DNA from: Actinomycetales bacterium
Lineage (GTDB): Bacteria; Actinomycetota; Actinomycetes; Actinomycetales; Angustibacteraceae
Assembly: GCA_035264765.1 (NCBI GenBank)
Contig: DATFPQ010000268.1
Location: 923-64,922 of the forward strand
Direction of reading: 5' to 3'
Length of the DNA stretch: 64,000 nt
In this document: positions 61,806 through 64,000 of the stretch, piece by piece
Position numbering within the stretch: position 1 is the first letter of the stretch
How the letters are laid out: the number at the start of each line of letters is the position of its first letter
Made by a program: the position numbers and the translations under genes
Notes under the pieces: generated by a model
Seen by the model: only the letters and a program-made list of their open reading frames with translations
Told to the model about the DNA's origin: nothing
Database searches by the model: none

Positions 61806-62917
61806 CGCAGGGTCTGCACTTCGACAGAGAGGACGGCCGGGAGGTCGCGGACGATCGGCGTCCAGGAGCTTCCGGAGTCGTTGGACGCGTAGACCTGGCC
61901 TCCGGTGGTGCCGAAGTAGACGCCGCAGGACTCGTGCTGGTCGACGGCCATCGCGTCCCGCAGCACGTTCACGTAGCAGTCGCGCTGTGGCAGGCCCGTG
62001 GTCAACGCCTCCCACTCGTTCCCACCGCTGCGGCTGCGGTAGACCCGAAGCTTGCCATCGGGCGGGAAGTGGTGGGAGTCACTGCTGATCGGGACGACGT
62101 AGACGGTCTCCGGCTCGTGTGCGTGCACGGCGATGGGGAACCCGAAGTCGGACGGAAGGTTGCCGCTGACCTCGTGCCAGCTGTCGCCGCCGTCGTCGCT
62201 GCGCATGACGTCCCAGTGCTTCTGCATGTAGAGGACGTCGGGGTTGGCCGGGTGCAGGTCGATGCGGTGCACGCAGTGACCGACCTCGGAGTCCTGGTCG
62301 GGGATCTCACCAGAACGCAGGCCGCGGTTGATCGGCTGCCAGCTCTTGCCGCCGTCGGACGTCCGGAACGCGCCGGCCGCGGAGATCGCGACATAGAGCC
62401 GATCGGGGTCGGTGGGGTGCTCGAGCACGGTGTGCAGGCACATGCCGCCGGCGCCGGGCTGCCACTGCGGGCCGGTGTCGTGCTCGCGCAGCGCCGACAG
62501 CTCTGCCCACCCGACACCGCCGTCGGTGGACTTGAAGAGCGCCGCGTCCTCGACCCCGGCGTAGACGGTCTCCGCGTCGTGGATCGAGGGCTCGAGGTGC
62601 CAGACCCGGGTGAAGGCCCAGGGGCGCAGCGACCCGTCGTACCACTGGTGCTCGCCCGGGACCCCGTCGTAGCTGAAGTCGTTGCCCACGGGCTCCCAGG
62701 ACGCCCCGCCGTCGTCCGAGCGCTGAATCACCTGGCCGAACCAGCCGCTGGTCTGCGAGGCGTAGACCCGGTCAGGATTCAGCGGCGACCCCTTGACGTG
62801 GTACATCTCCCACCCCGGGAAGTGCGGGCCGTCCACCTTCCAGTCGGTCCGCCCCTCATCCGAGGTGAGGACGAAGGCGCCCTTGCGGGTCCCGACCAAG
62901 ACGCGTGTGCCGCCCAT
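61802..62917 (-). CDS. BNR/Asp-box repeat beta-propeller protein (sialidase-fold-like), apparently cytoplasmic
   Basis: ATG at 62917 follows GGAGGA, in ORF 61802..63001. Six Asp-box-like motifs ([46 protein letters not shown]). No signal peptide. Confidence 0.75.
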   Translation of the reverse strand: MGGTRVLVGTRKGAFVLTSDEGRTDWKVDGPHFPGWEMYHVKGSPLNPDRVYASQTSGWFGQVIQRSDDGGASWEPVGNDFSYDGVPGEHQWYDGSLRPWAFTRVWHLEPSIHDAETVYAGVEDAALFKSTDGGVGWAELSALREHDTGPQWQPGAGGMCLHTVLEHPTDPDRLYVAISAAGAFRTSDGGKSWQPINRGLRSGEIPDQDSEVGHCVHRIDLHPANPDVLYMQKHWDVMRSDDGGDSWHEVSGNLPSDFGFPIAVHAHEPETVYVVPISSDSHHFPPDGKLRVYRSRSGGNEWEALTTGLPQRDCYVNVLRDAMAVDQHESCGVYFGTTGGQVYASNDSGSSWTPIVRDLPAVLSVEVQTLR

Positions 62918-63137
62918 GCGCTGTTCCTCCGTAGACCAGGTCGGCCGTGACGCTACTCGTCCGGCCCGACAACAAGGACCCCCGAGCGAACGAAAAGTCA
63001 TCGCTGCCCGGACGCCCGTCCACGAAGCCGACCCTCAGCCTGCTGGCGGGAACACGCCGTCGCGGGTGCTGCTGCGGAGTGGCAGGCTGAGCGGCGCGGG
63101 GGGCATTGCACGGGGGAGAACGTCGGGGGACGAAGCG

Positions 63138-64000
63138 ATGGCCGATCAGGCTCGTGGGGAGGACGCTGGCACCGACTCGGCCGTGGCCGGTGCCGATGCC
63201 GGTGCCGATGCCGGTGCCGTGGCGCAGGCCGCGGCCGAGGATCCGGCCGAGGATCCGGCCGACGATGCGGCCGACGATCCGGAAGACTACGTGGCGGCCC
63301 CGGCGCAGGTCTCGGTGCGGGTCCTGCTGGACTGCGAACCGGGCGTCCTGCTGGTCCTGGATCGCTCGGGGCGGACGCGGTTCGTCACGGCCGGCGCGGC
63401 GACCGTGCTGGGATACCCGCCCAAGGCGTTGATGGGCCGGCACTTCCGCGAGGTGGTGGACCTTCGGGACCTACCCGAGCTGGAGCGCGGGTTCGCCCAG
63501 CTCGTCTCGGCGCCGACCGGCACGACGATCGAACGGGAGTTCCGGTTCCGGCATCGGGACGGCGCGACCCACTGGCTGCACGGCACGGCGTCGAACCACC
63601 TGCACACCGCGGGAGTGAGAGGGATCGTGGTGCACTGGCGCGACATCACCACCCCGCGCGAGCTGCGCACCCAGCTGGAGTACGCCGCCACGCACGACGT
63701 CCTCACCGGGCTGAGCAACCGGGCCTTGTTCGTCGACCACCTCGAGCTGGCCCTCGGCAGCGCGGCCCGGCATCCCGACGAGCCGGTCGCGGTGCTGTTC
63801 TGCGACCTGGACGAGTTCAAGGTGATCAACGACAGCCTGGGGCACCCGGCGGGGGACGACCTGCTGTGTCAGGTCGCCGAGCGGCTGCGCCAGGCAGTCC
63901 GGCCGGGGGACACCGTCGCCCGGTTCGGCGGTGACGAGTTCGCGGTCTTGTGCGCGAACCTGTCCGGTGCCCGGCACGCGTCGACCCTGGCCGAGCGCGC
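63138..64000 (+). CDS. PAS-GGDEF diguanylate cyclase, N-terminal part; continues past the right window edge
   Basis: Not in the ORF track (no in-window stop). My translation from ATG 63138 gives MADQARGEDAGTDS..., a PAS-like segment (VLLVLDRSGRTRFVTAGAATVLGYPPKALMGRHF...FRFRHRDGATHWLHG...VVHWRDIT), then GGDEF (THDVLTGLSNR...LFCDLDEFKVINDSLGH.AGD...RFGGDEFAV). Confidence 0.85.
   Translation, partial: MADQARGEDAGTDSAVAGADAGADAGAVAQAAAEDPAEDPADDAADDPEDYVAAPAQVSVRVLLDCEPGVLLVLDRSGRTRFVTAGAATVLGYPPKALMGRHFREVVDLRDLPELERGFAQLVSAPTGTTIEREFRFRHRDGATHWLHGTASNHLHTAGVRGIVVHWRDITTPRELRTQLEYAATHDVLTGLSNRALFVDHLELALGSAARHPDEPVAVLFCDLDEFKVINDSLGHPAGDDLLCQVAERLRQAVRPGDTVARFGGDEFAVLCANLSGARHASTLAER
63186..63281 (+). 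repeat. Two in-frame 12-nt tandem repeat blocks in the GGDEF gene 5' region
   Basis: Read directly. GCCGGTGCCGAT occurs about 2.75 times (63186-63218), encoding (AGAD)n. GCCGAGGATCCG / GCCGACGAT(G/C)CG occurs 4 times (63234-63281), encoding (AEDP)2(ADDA)(ADDP). Confidence 0.8.

Noticed and set aside
63186-63281. CRISPR-like or minisatellite array
   Set aside because: The repeats are 12 nt, contiguous, without spacers, and in frame within a coding region. They are a low-complexity coding repeat, not CRISPR.

Overview
High-GC actinobacterial chromosomal segment, densely coding on both strands. I can support about 60 protein genes. I found no rRNA, tRNA, CRISPR array, transposase, integrase or phage genes. 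Left to right, the content is: arcA (partial); a cell-envelope glycosylation cluster (GT2, MptB-like GT-C, GT87, and an alkaline-phosphatase-superfamily membrane protein); a Mn-catalase / small membrane protein / MntH unit beside an atypical orphan LuxR response regulator; an NlpC/P60 hydrolase behind a c-di-AMP (ydaO-type) riboswitch; a GDT1/UPF0016 exporter behind a yybP-ykoY Mn riboswitch that overlaps the larC stop codon; larB-larC; the conserved pheA / serS / HAD core; a GH31 glucosidase; a two-gene teichoic-acid-like locus (nucleotidyltransferase and TagF-like); selO; a CPBP protease; a decayed stretch of gene fragments; an FG-GAP/metallophosphoesterase; an ECF42-type sigma factor with its YciI/DGPF partner; assorted transporters and hydrolases; GH127; a MOSC-flavin-2Fe2S reductase; a GntR / DUF969 / DUF979 / pcp unit in which pcp is frameshifted; a BNR beta-propeller translationally coupled to a MoaD/ThiS-like protein ending in Gly-Gly; and a partial PAS-GGDEF gene. 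The Gly-Gly carrier plus propeller pair is the best candidate for an undescribed system, but I see no clear-cut novel multi-gene system such as a defence island. All calls rest on my own reading of the translations and motifs. No database search was run. Start codons are often GTG and several are uncertain by tens of nucleotides.
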